A stretch of DNA of 64,000 nt from Bacilli bacterium. GTDB lineage: Bacteria > Bacillota_I > Bacilli_A > RFN20 > CAG-826. Made by a program: the position numbers and the translations under genes. Below the pieces are notes generated by a model. That model ran no database searches. It was not told the DNA's origin and was given only the letters and a program-made list of their open reading frames with translations. The stretch spans positions 85,773 to 149,772 of the forward strand of contig JAZQOV010000003.1 of NCBI GenBank assembly GCA_045628045.1, in the 5' to 3' direction. Below, piece after piece: positions 8,739 through 17,788 of this stretch. Numbering within the stretch: the stretch's first letter is position 1; each line of letters begins with the position of its first letter.

Positions 8739-9983
8739 TTAAACACCATTATCAACGTTTGATATGCATGGATTAAGCAGCCTCTTGTAGCTCAAATTCA
8801 TAACAAGAGAACTTAATGGCGCAGTTATTAAAATAGATAAAGCAGAAACAGAAAGCACTATAATACCTGCAGCAATAACAGCTTCTGCTCTAGAATTACC
8901 ATTAGCAAGCATTTGATTTCCTAAATCTAATAGTCCACCACCAATCGAGGCTTGAACTGTGGCTTTTGGCAAATAAGAAATAGTGACAAAAGACCTCTCT
9001 TTAAAGTTTAAATCAGTTTTAATTAAGCATCCTTGAACCATTAGTGATCTTGCGGTTAATGAGATTGCTAAGATTACTAGAGCCGGCAAAATGTAAGTTG
9101 GAACGTATTCTAATCTAATTGAAGCTCCAACTAAGAAAAATAGGAACATCTCAGCAGGAATCCATACTTTAGAAGCTTTAGCACTTAATGCTGTAGCCTT
9201 TTCTTTTCTAAACATTCTAATTACGATACACATAGAGATTGTTGCAAGTAAAGATGAGAAGCCTACATAAGGACTAATTACTTCTTCTAAAGCTACAAAG
9301 CCTATACCTATAGCGATTATTAAGAGTAATTTCATTGAATCTCTCATGTGCACCTTTCCAAAAATAAGCTTTAATAAGAAGCCAAAACCTACACCAATTG
9401 CAACACCAATAACGATAGATAACAAAATGTTTACAAAAGCCATGGCGTTTACATTACCGCCAGCTTCAATACTTATAAAAGTCTGATAAAAGACAATCAT
9501 TACGATGTCATCAATGCTACTACCAGCTAAAACTAATTGAGGAATACCCTTCTTAGTTCCAACTTTTTCATCCATTAGTCTTGTCATCATTGGAATTACT
9601 ACTGCAGGAGACACTGCACCAAGTACTGAACCAAGTAAAAAGGACTCAACATATGTTAAATCAAAGAATAAAGGGGCAACTAAGCCTACAACAATCATTT
9701 CAACTACTGCAGGCATAAAAGACATCATAATAGCAGGCCTTCCTACTTTCTTTAAGTCTGCTATATCAAGCGATAAACCAGCTTTAACTAAAATAATAAT
9801 TAAAGCAATTTTCCTTAAGTAAGGTGAAATTGCAGCAAGATTAGGATCAAATGCTCCTATTGCATTAATCAAAATGCCTAATAAAAGGTAACCAATTAAT
9901 GCTGGAACCTTAATCTTATTAAGTAATAGGAAAATTATTGCTCCACCACCTAGAATGATTAATAAGTCTAGAAAGAATAACAT
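8739..9983 (-). CDS. Cation:proton antiporter (NhaP/NHA-like)
   Basis: LGAVSPAVVIP, GSSIDD and LPKATVQA motifs; about 12 TM; GGAGG RBS before ATG 9983. Confidence 0.9.
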   Translation of the reverse strand: MLFFLDLLIILGGGAIIFLLLNKIKVPALIGYLLLGILINAIGAFDPNLAAISPYLRKIALIIILVKAGLSLDIADLKKVGRPAIMMSFMPAVVEMIVVGLVAPLFFDLTYVESFLLGSVLGAVSPAVVIPMMTRLMDEKVGTKKGIPQLVLAGSSIDDIVMIVFYQTFISIEAGGNVNAMAFVNILLSIVIGVAIGVGFGFLLKLIFGKVHMRDSMKLLLIIAIGIGFVALEEVISPYVGFSSLLATISMCIVIRMFRKEKATALSAKASKVWIPAEMFLFFLVGASIRLEYVPTYILPALVILAISLTARSLMVQGCLIKTDLNFKERSFVTISYLPKATVQASIGGGLLDLGNQMLANGNSRAEAVIAAGIIVLSVSALSILITAPLSSLVMNLSYKRLLNPCISNVDNGV

Positions 9984-10029
9984 TTTGATACCTCCCAAAG
10001 TAAATAAAAACTGATGTATCTAAAACAAT

Positions 10030-10088
10030 GTCTAGATATCATCAGCATCAAATGCGGTTTGATTTAATCAGGGAGATATCATTCCCGA
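10030..10088 (-). ncRNA. Fluoride riboswitch (crcB motif) with overlapping terminator
   Basis: Minus strand GGGAAUGAUAUCUCCC...AAACCGC...GCUGAUGAUAUCUA fits the fluoride aptamer consensus; its 3' part pairs with UAGAUACAUCAG followed by a U-tract. Confidence 0.85.
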
Positions 10089-10284
10089 GATGTATGTATC
10101 ATAACAAATTTATTTTAAAAAACAAGAACTTGTCTCTCTTCCTGAACTTGTTTCTCTTCCTTGCCTATTGAAATTCAATAGCTTTACTTTTCAGAATTCC
10201 GTACAATAAAAGCCGGCTCATTAACTAGTGATTGCTTCTACTTTGTTACGAATCAATTGGGATTAGTTAATGAGTTTTTATTAT

Positions 10285-10425
10285 GGAAGGTCGCTAGTTC
10301 AGCCTCTAAGCCAAACAAAAAGGACACATAGTGTCCTGTTATTGTCTTGTCTTGCTGCAACAAAGTTGATAGTTTTTAAAGTCATCGCAACGAAATTGAT
10401 AGTTACAAAAGCAACAAAGTTGATA
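10285..10425. repeat. Module A copy 3
   Basis: Homologous to 7546-7688; TGTCTT at 10343/10348; GCAAC(A/G)AA(G/A)TTGATA at 10357, 10387 and 10411. Confidence 0.9.
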
Positions 10426-10509
10426 GTCATGTTTTTGTAACTTTTTATTTTATATATAAGATATTGAATTTTTACAATAAAATTCGTCTATCCTGCCCTC
10501 ATCAAAGGG

Positions 10510-10528
10510 TGCGGAGGTAGGATTTGAA
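10510..10528 (-). repeat. tRNA-fMet 3' fragment (att-like)
   Basis: TGCGGAGGTAGGATTTGAA is identical to 14457-14475 and 18/19 identical to tRNA 14656-14674. Confidence 0.85.
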
Positions 10529-10537
10529 TTTCTTCAT

Positions 10538-11197
10538 TTATACGGCTTTTGACTGGTACTTATACCAAATTAGGCCATCCAACTTCTTAACTGTTAAGTG
10601 AGGATACTCTGCTTTTAGAACATTAACTGCATCCTTCATTAAACTCTGGCATTCAGCATTTGAAATGTCATACCCAATAGCATCTCTTATACAATGGTGA
10701 ATATGAACGTCTGGTTTACATCTATCATCTGTGCCAGCCAGCATAAATAAATAATCAGCACCAGCATCGCCCATTCCTTTAACTGAATGAATAACAACCT
10801 CAAGCAACTCAGGATGCTTAAAGTTTTTAAAGTCATCCATGGTATTAATGCCTAAATCTAATAGATACTCTGCTAATTTATAAATAACAGCAGATTTTCT
10901 GTTATGCCCAATAACCTGCATGTTCTTTAAAATATTCTGAGCAAATTTTTCTGTGCCACCTGCTTCATCAATGTGGTTAATAAGTTGTTTTAAATCATCA
11001 CCTGTAGCATATTTATCACCATTCATGTATGTTTTTGCATATCTATCAACAATTGGAACAGTAACTGCAAAATATTTAGCCCTTAAAGAATAAACACAAT
11101 CAATTAAACAAACAGACATTGATGAATATCCATTCGCGTAGTGCTTTTGATTTAAATCAAAATTAGTTTTACAAAATTGAACAAATTCTTCAATCAT
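10538..11197 (-). CDS. HhH-GPD superfamily DNA glycosylase-like protein
   Basis: HhH-like VKGMGDAGADY followed by KPDVHI (catalytic-Asp-like position); LIDCVYS and LDGLIW motifs. Confidence 0.6.
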   Translation of the reverse strand: MIEEFVQFCKTNFDLNQKHYANGYSSMSVCLIDCVYSLRAKYFAVTVPIVDRYAKTYMNGDKYATGDDLKQLINHIDEAGGTEKFAQNILKNMQVIGHNRKSAVIYKLAEYLLDLGINTMDDFKNFKHPELLEVVIHSVKGMGDAGADYLFMLAGTDDRCKPDVHIHHCIRDAIGYDISNAECQSLMKDAVNVLKAEYPHLTVKKLDGLIWYKYQSKAV

Positions 11198-11201
11198 AGT
11201 A

Positions 11202-12290
11202 TTAATTTTTATAAAGTTTAAAATCTCCTATTTCCTTAGTTCTTGAGTTAATAGTTTTTAAAGAAATTTCAGATGCATCCATACCAACCCAAGTCCTTGA
11301 ACGTAATTTTGATGCCCACAATGTTGTTCCGCTACCGGCAAAGCAATCCATAACAATACTATTTTCAGAAGAAGATTCATCAATAATTCTGAGAATCATA
11401 TCAAGATTTTTTTCTGTTGGATATCTTGGATATTGAGGATCTTTAAATGTCCAGACATCTTGTATTTTTTTACCTTTATGTTCATCAGCATATTTTTTAA
11501 TTCTAGGGTTTCCTGTTTTTGACCATTCAATTAATCCTTTGGAATCCAATTCATCAAAAACTGCAGGATCGGTTCTCCAATGTCTACCTTCAGGAGGCAT
11601 CATACCGCGCCATTCCTTCCCTGTAACGCCATTCGTCTCTCCTGGAGCATGTAACGGTATAGTTGTATAGCGCCTTCCATTTTCATCAATTTTAGGAAAC
11701 AATTTCGCCAGCTCTTCATCGGAAGCTTTTTCCTTAATTTCATTCCATAATTGGTTTTTACCGTTTTTACAATAAAAGAAAATGACATCTTTTTCGTTTC
11801 CGTATGCTTTTCTATCAAAATTTTTTGGATTAGATTTAATTCTTGTAATATCATTTCGATAATTTTCTTCTCCAAAAATTTCATCCATTAATATTTTTAC
11901 ATAATGACCAATTTTGTAATCTATATGTAGATAAATGCTGCCTCTATCAGTTAAAAGCTCTCTTATAATGATTAATCGTTCTCTTAAGAATTCTAAAAAT
12001 TCACCTTTAGTCATTTCGTCAGAATATGCAACCTGTCCTTTTTTTGATCTGCTAATTGTGCTGCACCTTCCTTCTGATACAGCAAATGATTGATTTGTAT
12101 TAAAAGGTGGATCTATATATACCAAATCAATACAAGGGCCGCATGTATTTAATAGTTTAGAGAGTCCTTCAAAATTATCTCCAAATATAAAATTATTTTG
12201 GTTTAAATCTAAATCTTCAAACTTATCAAAATTTCTTGATTGTTTGAGAATTTCACTCTCACTTAATTTTTCATCGAATTTTAATTGCAT
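11202..12290 (-). CDS. Site-specific DNA methyltransferase (N6-A/N4-C, beta class)
   Basis: Motif IV YIDPPF precedes motif I DCFAGSGTT; YPTEK motif. Confidence 0.95.
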   Translation of the reverse strand: MQLKFDEKLSESEILKQSRNFDKFEDLDLNQNNFIFGDNFEGLSKLLNTCGPCIDLVYIDPPFNTNQSFAVSEGRCSTISRSKKGQVAYSDEMTKGEFLEFLRERLIIIRELLTDRGSIYLHIDYKIGHYVKILMDEIFGEENYRNDITRIKSNPKNFDRKAYGNEKDVIFFYCKNGKNQLWNEIKEKASDEELAKLFPKIDENGRRYTTIPLHAPGETNGVTGKEWRGMMPPEGRHWRTDPAVFDELDSKGLIEWSKTGNPRIKKYADEHKGKKIQDVWTFKDPQYPRYPTEKNLDMILRIIDESSSENSIVMDCFAGSGTTLWASKLRSRTWVGMDASEISLKTINSRTKEIGDFKLYKN

Positions 12291-12292
12291 AA

Positions 12293-13096
12293 TTATAACG
12301 AATATAAAAAGTCTCTTAATACTAAAGCAGAAACAATAATGTCATCAGGATTATTTTCTAGGTACTTATGCATTTTATTTTTGCCTTTTATATATAAAAC
12401 ACCGTCCATAATAGCTATTTTTACAACTTTAACATCCTTTGCTTTTCCGCCTTCTAAAATAGAGTGTGTGGTTGAAATAGCATCATCAAATTGAGCGTCT
12501 TGGTGACCACCAAAATCAGTTAAGAATTTAGCCTCACCAATTACATATGTATTGTTGAAACGAGCAATAAAGTCAAGTCCTTTATCTCTATTAAAACCAA
12601 AGTACTCCTTTGCAAAATTTTTCATTTCTGCATCGCTAATATTAAGAATCGCGTTTCCTTTGGATAATAAAAATTCCGGTACATTTTTATAGACTGGGGC
12701 TCCTAAACATCCTTTGTCTATCCAATTCTTAAACATTGGACCAATTTGTCTATTCGTTTCTTTTGGTTCTGTACAATTATCATAAATTTCATCAAGCCCC
12801 ATTTCGTAGAGCATTCCACTAATACGATCGATTGTATTAGGATTTCTTTCAATAGCTGTTCTATCTCTTTTCAAGTAAGCAATATAAGAATCCTTAATTG
12901 GGAAAATATCAAAATCGCACAAAGCTTTAATTAAATCTATATTATTTTTGTGTTCAAAATTATATTTAACAGTATTCCATTCTTTATCCCCAATTTCTCT
13001 CCTTGCATTAGCAGACATTGGGTATACTTTGTAAAGTAAATCTAAATAATTCTTTTGGTTCGCTAAATCAACACTTTGTTTTGTCCAGAAGTTCAT
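12293..13096 (-). CDS. Type II restriction endonuclease, Tsp45I-like
   Basis: KGLDF...IGEAKFLTDFGGHQDAQF PD-(D/E)xK core and YLDLLYKVYP N-terminus recalled from the Tsp45I family; adjacent MTase; GGAGG RBS before ATG 13096. Confidence 0.8.
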   Translation of the reverse strand: MNFWTKQSVDLANQKNYLDLLYKVYPMSANARREIGDKEWNTVKYNFEHKNNIDLIKALCDFDIFPIKDSYIAYLKRDRTAIERNPNTIDRISGMLYEMGLDEIYDNCTEPKETNRQIGPMFKNWIDKGCLGAPVYKNVPEFLLSKGNAILNISDAEMKNFAKEYFGFNRDKGLDFIARFNNTYVIGEAKFLTDFGGHQDAQFDDAISTTHSILEGGKAKDVKVVKIAIMDGVLYIKGKNKMHKYLENNPDDIIVSALVLRDFLYSL

Positions 13097-13198
13097 AAAA
13101 GCCTCCTTATTTATATATCTTTGTGCTAAATAAGTCACAAAGAAATAAAGTATGGCAATATTATACTCCTCGTTTATACTTTTTTAAATTATTTTGAC

Positions 13199-13753
13199 TT
13201 ATAACAATGACATATTAATAATTTCATCTATCGAAACTTTGAAAATAATAGAAAATTTATAAATTAGCTCGAGTGAAGGCAATCTATGACCTTCTGTGAT
13301 TGCTACTATAGTAGATCTGTCAACGCCGATCATACTAGCGAATTCCGTCTTGCTTGAATAGCTTTCTTTAATAAGAAGTTCAATCTCCTTACCCAAAAGA
13401 ATCGGATTGATTTGTTTATAAATTGTGTTGTTTTTATTAAAAAATATCATCAGCCACTTGTCGTATGCCGATGATATTGATTGATAATAGAATTTAGGTT
13501 CTTCTTCATCCTTATGATGCCATTCAAGATAATCTATAGCATCCTTTTCATATTGAGTGAGAAGATTATCGTATTCTTTATATAATAAAGTGTATTTAGT
13601 TTTTTCTATTTTATCTTCAAATGTATCTGGTTCACTTTGATTAAGAAATCTGTATCTTTTTGAATCAGATCTAAAGTCTCTAATGTATTCCTTAATAAAT
13701 TTCTTAAATCCGTTTTTACTTTTTGCAAACACATAAGCGCAACTTATCTTCAT
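13199..13753 (-). CDS. XRE-family HTH domain protein
   Basis: C-terminal SKTEFASMIGVDRSTIVAITEGHRLPSLE HTH. Confidence 0.8.
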   Translation of the reverse strand: MKISCAYVFAKSKNGFKKFIKEYIRDFRSDSKRYRFLNQSEPDTFEDKIEKTKYTLLYKEYDNLLTQYEKDAIDYLEWHHKDEEEPKFYYQSISSAYDKWLMIFFNKNNTIYKQINPILLGKEIELLIKESYSSKTEFASMIGVDRSTIVAITEGHRLPSLELIYKFSIIFKVSIDEIINMSLL

Positions 13754-14387
13754 AAATATCCATCACCCTATTAGATATATTCAATAAGTCTAGATACTCT
13801 GCAAGTAAAATATAAACTTTTCGCGGATATCTGATTTCTCTAATGCATTTTTCAAAGACATGATCACTATAGTGTTTCATCAATAAAGTGCCAATAACAG
13901 CTCTATAAGCGAGTTTATCACTTTCTGGCATCTCATCTCTTAAATAGATTAATTCCATCGCTTCCATGATGAATTGAATATCAATAAGATAAAAATCATT
14001 TTTCGTTTCGTATAATTGAATATTTAATTGTTCAATCAATTTATTTCCATCGGTATAACTCGTTATTATTTCAGCAAGTGATGGTTCATCATAAATAAGT
14101 TCGTGTTCATACAAAAGAGATCTACCACATTTTAGGCCTCTATAATTTTTTGTGTAAAATTCAATAACTCTATCCCTATCGCTTAAATCTGAATCGCCAA
14201 TTAAATAAATGCCTTTTGAAATTTTCCTTAATATGCCTTCTTTAGAAATTCTAGAAATATATTTTCTTAGATTATCAATGGAAATGTCAGGAAATACATG
14301 CGTTGATACATAGCTAAAATCTAAAACACCACCCAAGTGGTTTCTCAAGTAAAGTCTTATTTGTTCAGTATCTGTTAGTCTTGCCAT
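13716..14387 (-). CDS. DUF6088/AbiEi-like winged-helix protein
   Basis: LRKYISRISKEGILRKISKGIY wHTH; palindrome AGAGTGAATTTAATTCACTCT in the promoter; leaderless start 6 nt after TGTTAGAAT. Confidence 0.65.
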   Translation of the reverse strand: MARLTDTEQIRLYLRNHLGGVLDFSYVSTHVFPDISIDNLRKYISRISKEGILRKISKGIYLIGDSDLSDRDRVIEFYTKNYRGLKCGRSLLYEHELIYDEPSLAEIITSYTDGNKLIEQLNIQLYETKNDFYLIDIQFIMEAMELIYLRDEMPESDKLAYRAVIGTLLMKHYSDHVFEKCIREIRYPRKVYILLAEYLDLLNISNRVMDIYEDKLRLCVCKK

Positions 14388-14456
14388 ACTCATATTCTAA
14401 CATAAGAGTGAATTTAATTCACTCTTTTTTTGAAAAAGTTCACTTAACTCATAACC

Positions 14457-14475
14457 TGCGGAGGTAGGATTTGAA
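14457..14475 (-). repeat. tRNA-fMet 3' fragment (att-like)
   Basis: Identical to 10510-10528. Confidence 0.85.
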
Positions 14476-14651
14476 ACCTTTCCCACATCCTGCCGAGGTA
14501 ATTTTTAAGAATGAAGCAATTTTATCACAAATTTAAAAAACGAGACATTGTCCTGTTTTTGGCTATAAATAATTATGTAATATTATATACATAGTATATA
14601 AGCATGAAAAAAGACAACCTCACTGATGTAAGATCGTCTCGTTTTCTCGAA

Positions 14652-14729
14652 TGGTTGCGGAGGCAGGATTTGAACGCTGCGACCTCAAGGTTATGGGCCT
14701 TGCGAGCTACCAGGCTGCTCCACTCCGCG
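14652..14729 (-). tRNA. tRNA-fMet (CAT), atypical
   Basis: CGCGGAG...CTCCGCA-ACCA with C1:A72 mismatch; anticodon arm CAAGG-CCCATAA-CCTTG; extra C in the T-stem. Confidence 0.85.
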
Positions 14730-14848
14730 ATGTGGTTTATATAATAATATAATTAAAAGTTCTTTTCAAGTTATAGATTTTTTTACAAAACTATTTTTAC
14801 TTATTTTAAGAAATATATATAATATATAAGCACTTTAGAGGAAGAAAT

Positions 14849-15733
14849 ATGGATAAACATTCATTAATTAATCTTGTAAAAGAGCTTATTGCTTTAGAAG
14901 ATTTATCAACAAGAGGTGAGGATCTCCTTTTTATTAAAAAAGAATATAGATACTTACTAAATAAAGAAGAAGAATCATTTTATGAATCAAGTCTTACAAA
15001 TGAATTCATGTCTTTGTATGATGAACTCGCTAAAAAGGCACCAAAACTTAATCAAACATCTTTAGATGAAAAGAAAGAAATCATCGAACTTACCAAGAAA
15101 CTTCTTGAAAGAAAAGACATTGTAAAAGCTGGTAAAGACTTAGAAGCTTATTCAGAAGCTTTTAGAAAAGCTGGTAAATGCACTCAAGAACAAGATGATG
15201 CATTATGGGCAGAATTTAAAGTTTTAAAAGATAAATATTACGAAAATAGAAGAGCACACTTCGAAGCAATTGATAAATCAAATGCAGAAAAGAAAGCTCA
15301 AAAAGAAGCAATTATTGAGCAAGCAAAAGAACTTCTCGTAATTAAAAACATTAAAGAATCCAATGAAAAAATGGATGCATTAATGAATTCTTGGAAAGAA
15401 GTCGGTTTCTCTGGAAAAGATAACGACGAAGAACTTTGGCAAAAATTCAGTGAAGTTCGTAAAGAATTTAACTTAAAGAAGAAAGAACATTACGAAGAAA
15501 TGCAAAAAATCTTTGAAGAAAGAGCAGCCAAAAAAGAAGAAATGATTAAAGTTGCTAAAAAGATTCTTGCAGACAGTGATTTCTCTAAAGAAGAAGTTCA
15601 AAAAATTAAAGATCTTAGAAGCGAATTTAATGCAATCGGATTTACTGGAAAAGATAAAGACGATGACTTATATGAACGTTTCAACGAAGTAATTAAAAAA
15701 TACTTCGATGACATGAAGTTCTACACATTCTAA
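14849..15733 (+). CDS. DUF349 domain protein
   Basis: Three repeats of W/F-x-x-x-G...D-D-x-L-W/Y-x-x-F; all-helical and charged. Confidence 0.85.
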   Translation: MDKHSLINLVKELIALEDLSTRGEDLLFIKKEYRYLLNKEEESFYESSLTNEFMSLYDELAKKAPKLNQTSLDEKKEIIELTKKLLERKDIVKAGKDLEAYSEAFRKAGKCTQEQDDALWAEFKVLKDKYYENRRAHFEAIDKSNAEKKAQKEAIIEQAKELLVIKNIKESNEKMDALMNSWKEVGFSGKDNDEELWQKFSEVRKEFNLKKKEHYEEMQKIFEERAAKKEEMIKVAKKILADSDFSKEEVQKIKDLRSEFNAIGFTGKDKDDDLYERFNEVIKKYFDDMKFYTF

Positions 15734-15756
15734 AAAGAAAAGGGCTTAAGCCCTTT

Positions 15757-16614
15757 TTATTTTAATAATTTTCTAGCCTCTACAGCATTCTCTAGGAAGT
15801 GATGAGCAACTGCCAAGAAATCAAATCCATGCACCGCTCCTTCTCCACGGTAATGCTTAATAATAGCAACTAAATACCATTGAAGAGAAATGTCGATTCT
15901 CCATAATGCATAACGTTTTAAACCATCTTTAAGAGGAACAAGTTTTTCATATTCTTCAAGAAGTTTTTTACCTTCAAGAACATCGCCATTTCCGAATGTT
16001 CCAATGTCATAAACCGGATCATTATTTGCAGCGAACTCAAAGTCAATAAACATGTAATTATCATCGTTTGTTTTTACAATATTGCTTCTTTGAGCATCGT
16101 TATGTGCAAGTGTTAATTCTTGAGAAAGTAGGAACTCTTTATTGTTTTGAATTAACTCATAGAGTTCATAGAACTCTTTATCAAATTCTTTAACGTGAGT
16201 TTCTGCTTCTTTTTTAAAGTTCGCTAGACGAGTTAAAGGATCATAATAAACACTTGCTTTCTTTTTCGAAGAATGAAGCTTGACCATTAACTTTGCGACT
16301 TTTTTGTAATCAAATTCATCAACAAGATTAATAGATTTTCCATCAATAAAACGATTAATCTTTACTCCTTTTTCAAGGTCAAAATAAATGTTTTCAGAAG
16401 TTATTCCTAAATCAAACGCAATATTTTGAGTTTCTTTTTCTAACTTTCTGTCCACCATTTCGTTTGCTTGAGCAGTTGAAATGTAATAAACAAATTTTCC
16501 TTTGCTAGATTTAACAATGTAGGCTTCGTTCATCATTCCACCTACAAGTTCAGAAACAATTTCAGCATCATTTCCAATAATGCTTTTTAATAAATTAAAA
16601 TTTTCTTCTTTCAT
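15757..16614 (-). CDS. Choline/ethanolamine kinase-like phosphotransferase
   Basis: GGMMN, HNDAQRSN (Brenner-like) and IDFEFA motifs. Confidence 0.85.
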   Translation of the reverse strand: MKEENFNLLKSIIGNDAEIVSELVGGMMNEAYIVKSSKGKFVYYISTAQANEMVDRKLEKETQNIAFDLGITSENIYFDLEKGVKINRFIDGKSINLVDEFDYKKVAKLMVKLHSSKKKASVYYDPLTRLANFKKEAETHVKEFDKEFYELYELIQNNKEFLLSQELTLAHNDAQRSNIVKTNDDNYMFIDFEFAANNDPVYDIGTFGNGDVLEGKKLLEEYEKLVPLKDGLKRYALWRIDISLQWYLVAIIKHYRGEGAVHGFDFLAVAHHFLENAVEARKLLK

Positions 16615-16618
16615 AAAA

Positions 16619-17644
16619 TTACCATTTATTAGTTACTTTTTCCGCAAAACCTAACATGTTTTCGAAATAGTATTCCTTTCCATCAACCAAAACATAACCT
16701 GAGAATTTTCCAAACACTTGATTTTGAAGCGATTGAATTACTCCAGCATTCATATTCGCATGTCTATTTAGAATTGGCGTAAACGTAATGTTAATGTCGC
16801 CTGAAATACTTCTAAATTTCCATGGTTCTAAGAATGAATCACCGCCGCTTTTACTAATTGGAATATCAAAGTGAACATCTTCAAGTTTCCAGGACTTATC
16901 TTCATAAAAGAAGATATTTTCAGAATGTGTCGCGTTATTTCCGAATCCATAACCTAAGTTAAATCCGATTCGTTTTCCTTCAAATTCTCCTGACATGCTG
17001 GACCAATACCAAGTATTCTTGTATGTCCAGACTCCACGCCCCCAATCTAAAACACCATAAGTTTTTTCATTAAAATCAATAATTTCATCGCCAACTTTAA
17101 CATAACCATTAGCTTTTAGAAGGTTGATCTTTTGGTTGTAATAGAAATGCTTGTCTTTATTAAATGGGGTGGCAACCACCATTGAATCTTTGTTTGTTTC
17201 CTCAAGATATAAATCAAGTCTTAAATCTTTTTTGTCTTTGGTAAATTTTTTCCAAAAACACTCAAGATGTCTTTTACCATTTTCATGCTTAAATGTCATG
17301 AAAACAGTTTTATCGTGATAAATCACATCTCCTTCTTTTGAGGAAGATGGTAAATTAGTTTTACCAAAGGTAAAAAATTTCATTACTGACTTAGTAATGT
17401 CGTAAGGTTTTTCAAAATCAAGAAAAGATAAGGAACATAAAGACATGTAAGAATTATCTGCAATTGTAAGTGCGATTCCATACTTAGAATTACCAACATA
17501 ATAGTAATCCCATTCCTTAATTCTCCACTTCTTTGCTTTAATATCTAAACGGTTATATTCCTTCACTAATGAATTAGCATAGCCAGCCTCAAAAAGGTTG
17601 CCTTCTTCATTAAGTAGTTTTCCTGGTTCTAATTTAATCTGCAT
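16619..17644 (-). CDS. DUF2804 domain protein
   Basis: KEWDYY, LDWGRGVW, QNQVFGKF and GFAEKV motifs. Confidence 0.85.
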   Translation of the reverse strand: MQIKLEPGKLLNEEGNLFEAGYANSLVKEYNRLDIKAKKWRIKEWDYYYVGNSKYGIALTIADNSYMSLCSLSFLDFEKPYDITKSVMKFFTFGKTNLPSSSKEGDVIYHDKTVFMTFKHENGKRHLECFWKKFTKDKKDLRLDLYLEETNKDSMVVATPFNKDKHFYYNQKINLLKANGYVKVGDEIIDFNEKTYGVLDWGRGVWTYKNTWYWSSMSGEFEGKRIGFNLGYGFGNNATHSENIFFYEDKSWKLEDVHFDIPISKSGGDSFLEPWKFRSISGDINITFTPILNRHANMNAGVIQSLQNQVFGKFSGYVLVDGKEYYFENMLGFAEKVTNKW

Positions 17645-17788
17645 ATACTTCTCTTTATACGTTTAAGTATTACTTATAAGCGTAAATAAAATTATAGCAC
17701 TCGCACAATATAAACAAAAATTATTTATTGAAAATAATCTTTAAGTGCTAAAATGAAATTGCAAGTTACTCAAAAGGAGAAACTAATT

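Noticed and set aside
9730-9750. AGG-to-Met reassignment reported in some uncultured Bacilli
   Set aside because: AGG encodes the typically conserved Arg of KKVGRPA here and no CCU-anticodon tRNA is in the window; one accessory gene is weak evidence, so no claim is made.
7621-10425. 15-bp repeat triads as a mini-CRISPR array
   Set aside because: Repeats are too short, intervening sequences are only 7-15 bp and unequal, and there are no cas genes.
14555-14590. Chromosomal dif site (TATAA..TTATGTAA)
   Set aside because: Spacing between the TAA and TTA arms is 4 bp rather than 6; likely AT-rich coincidence.
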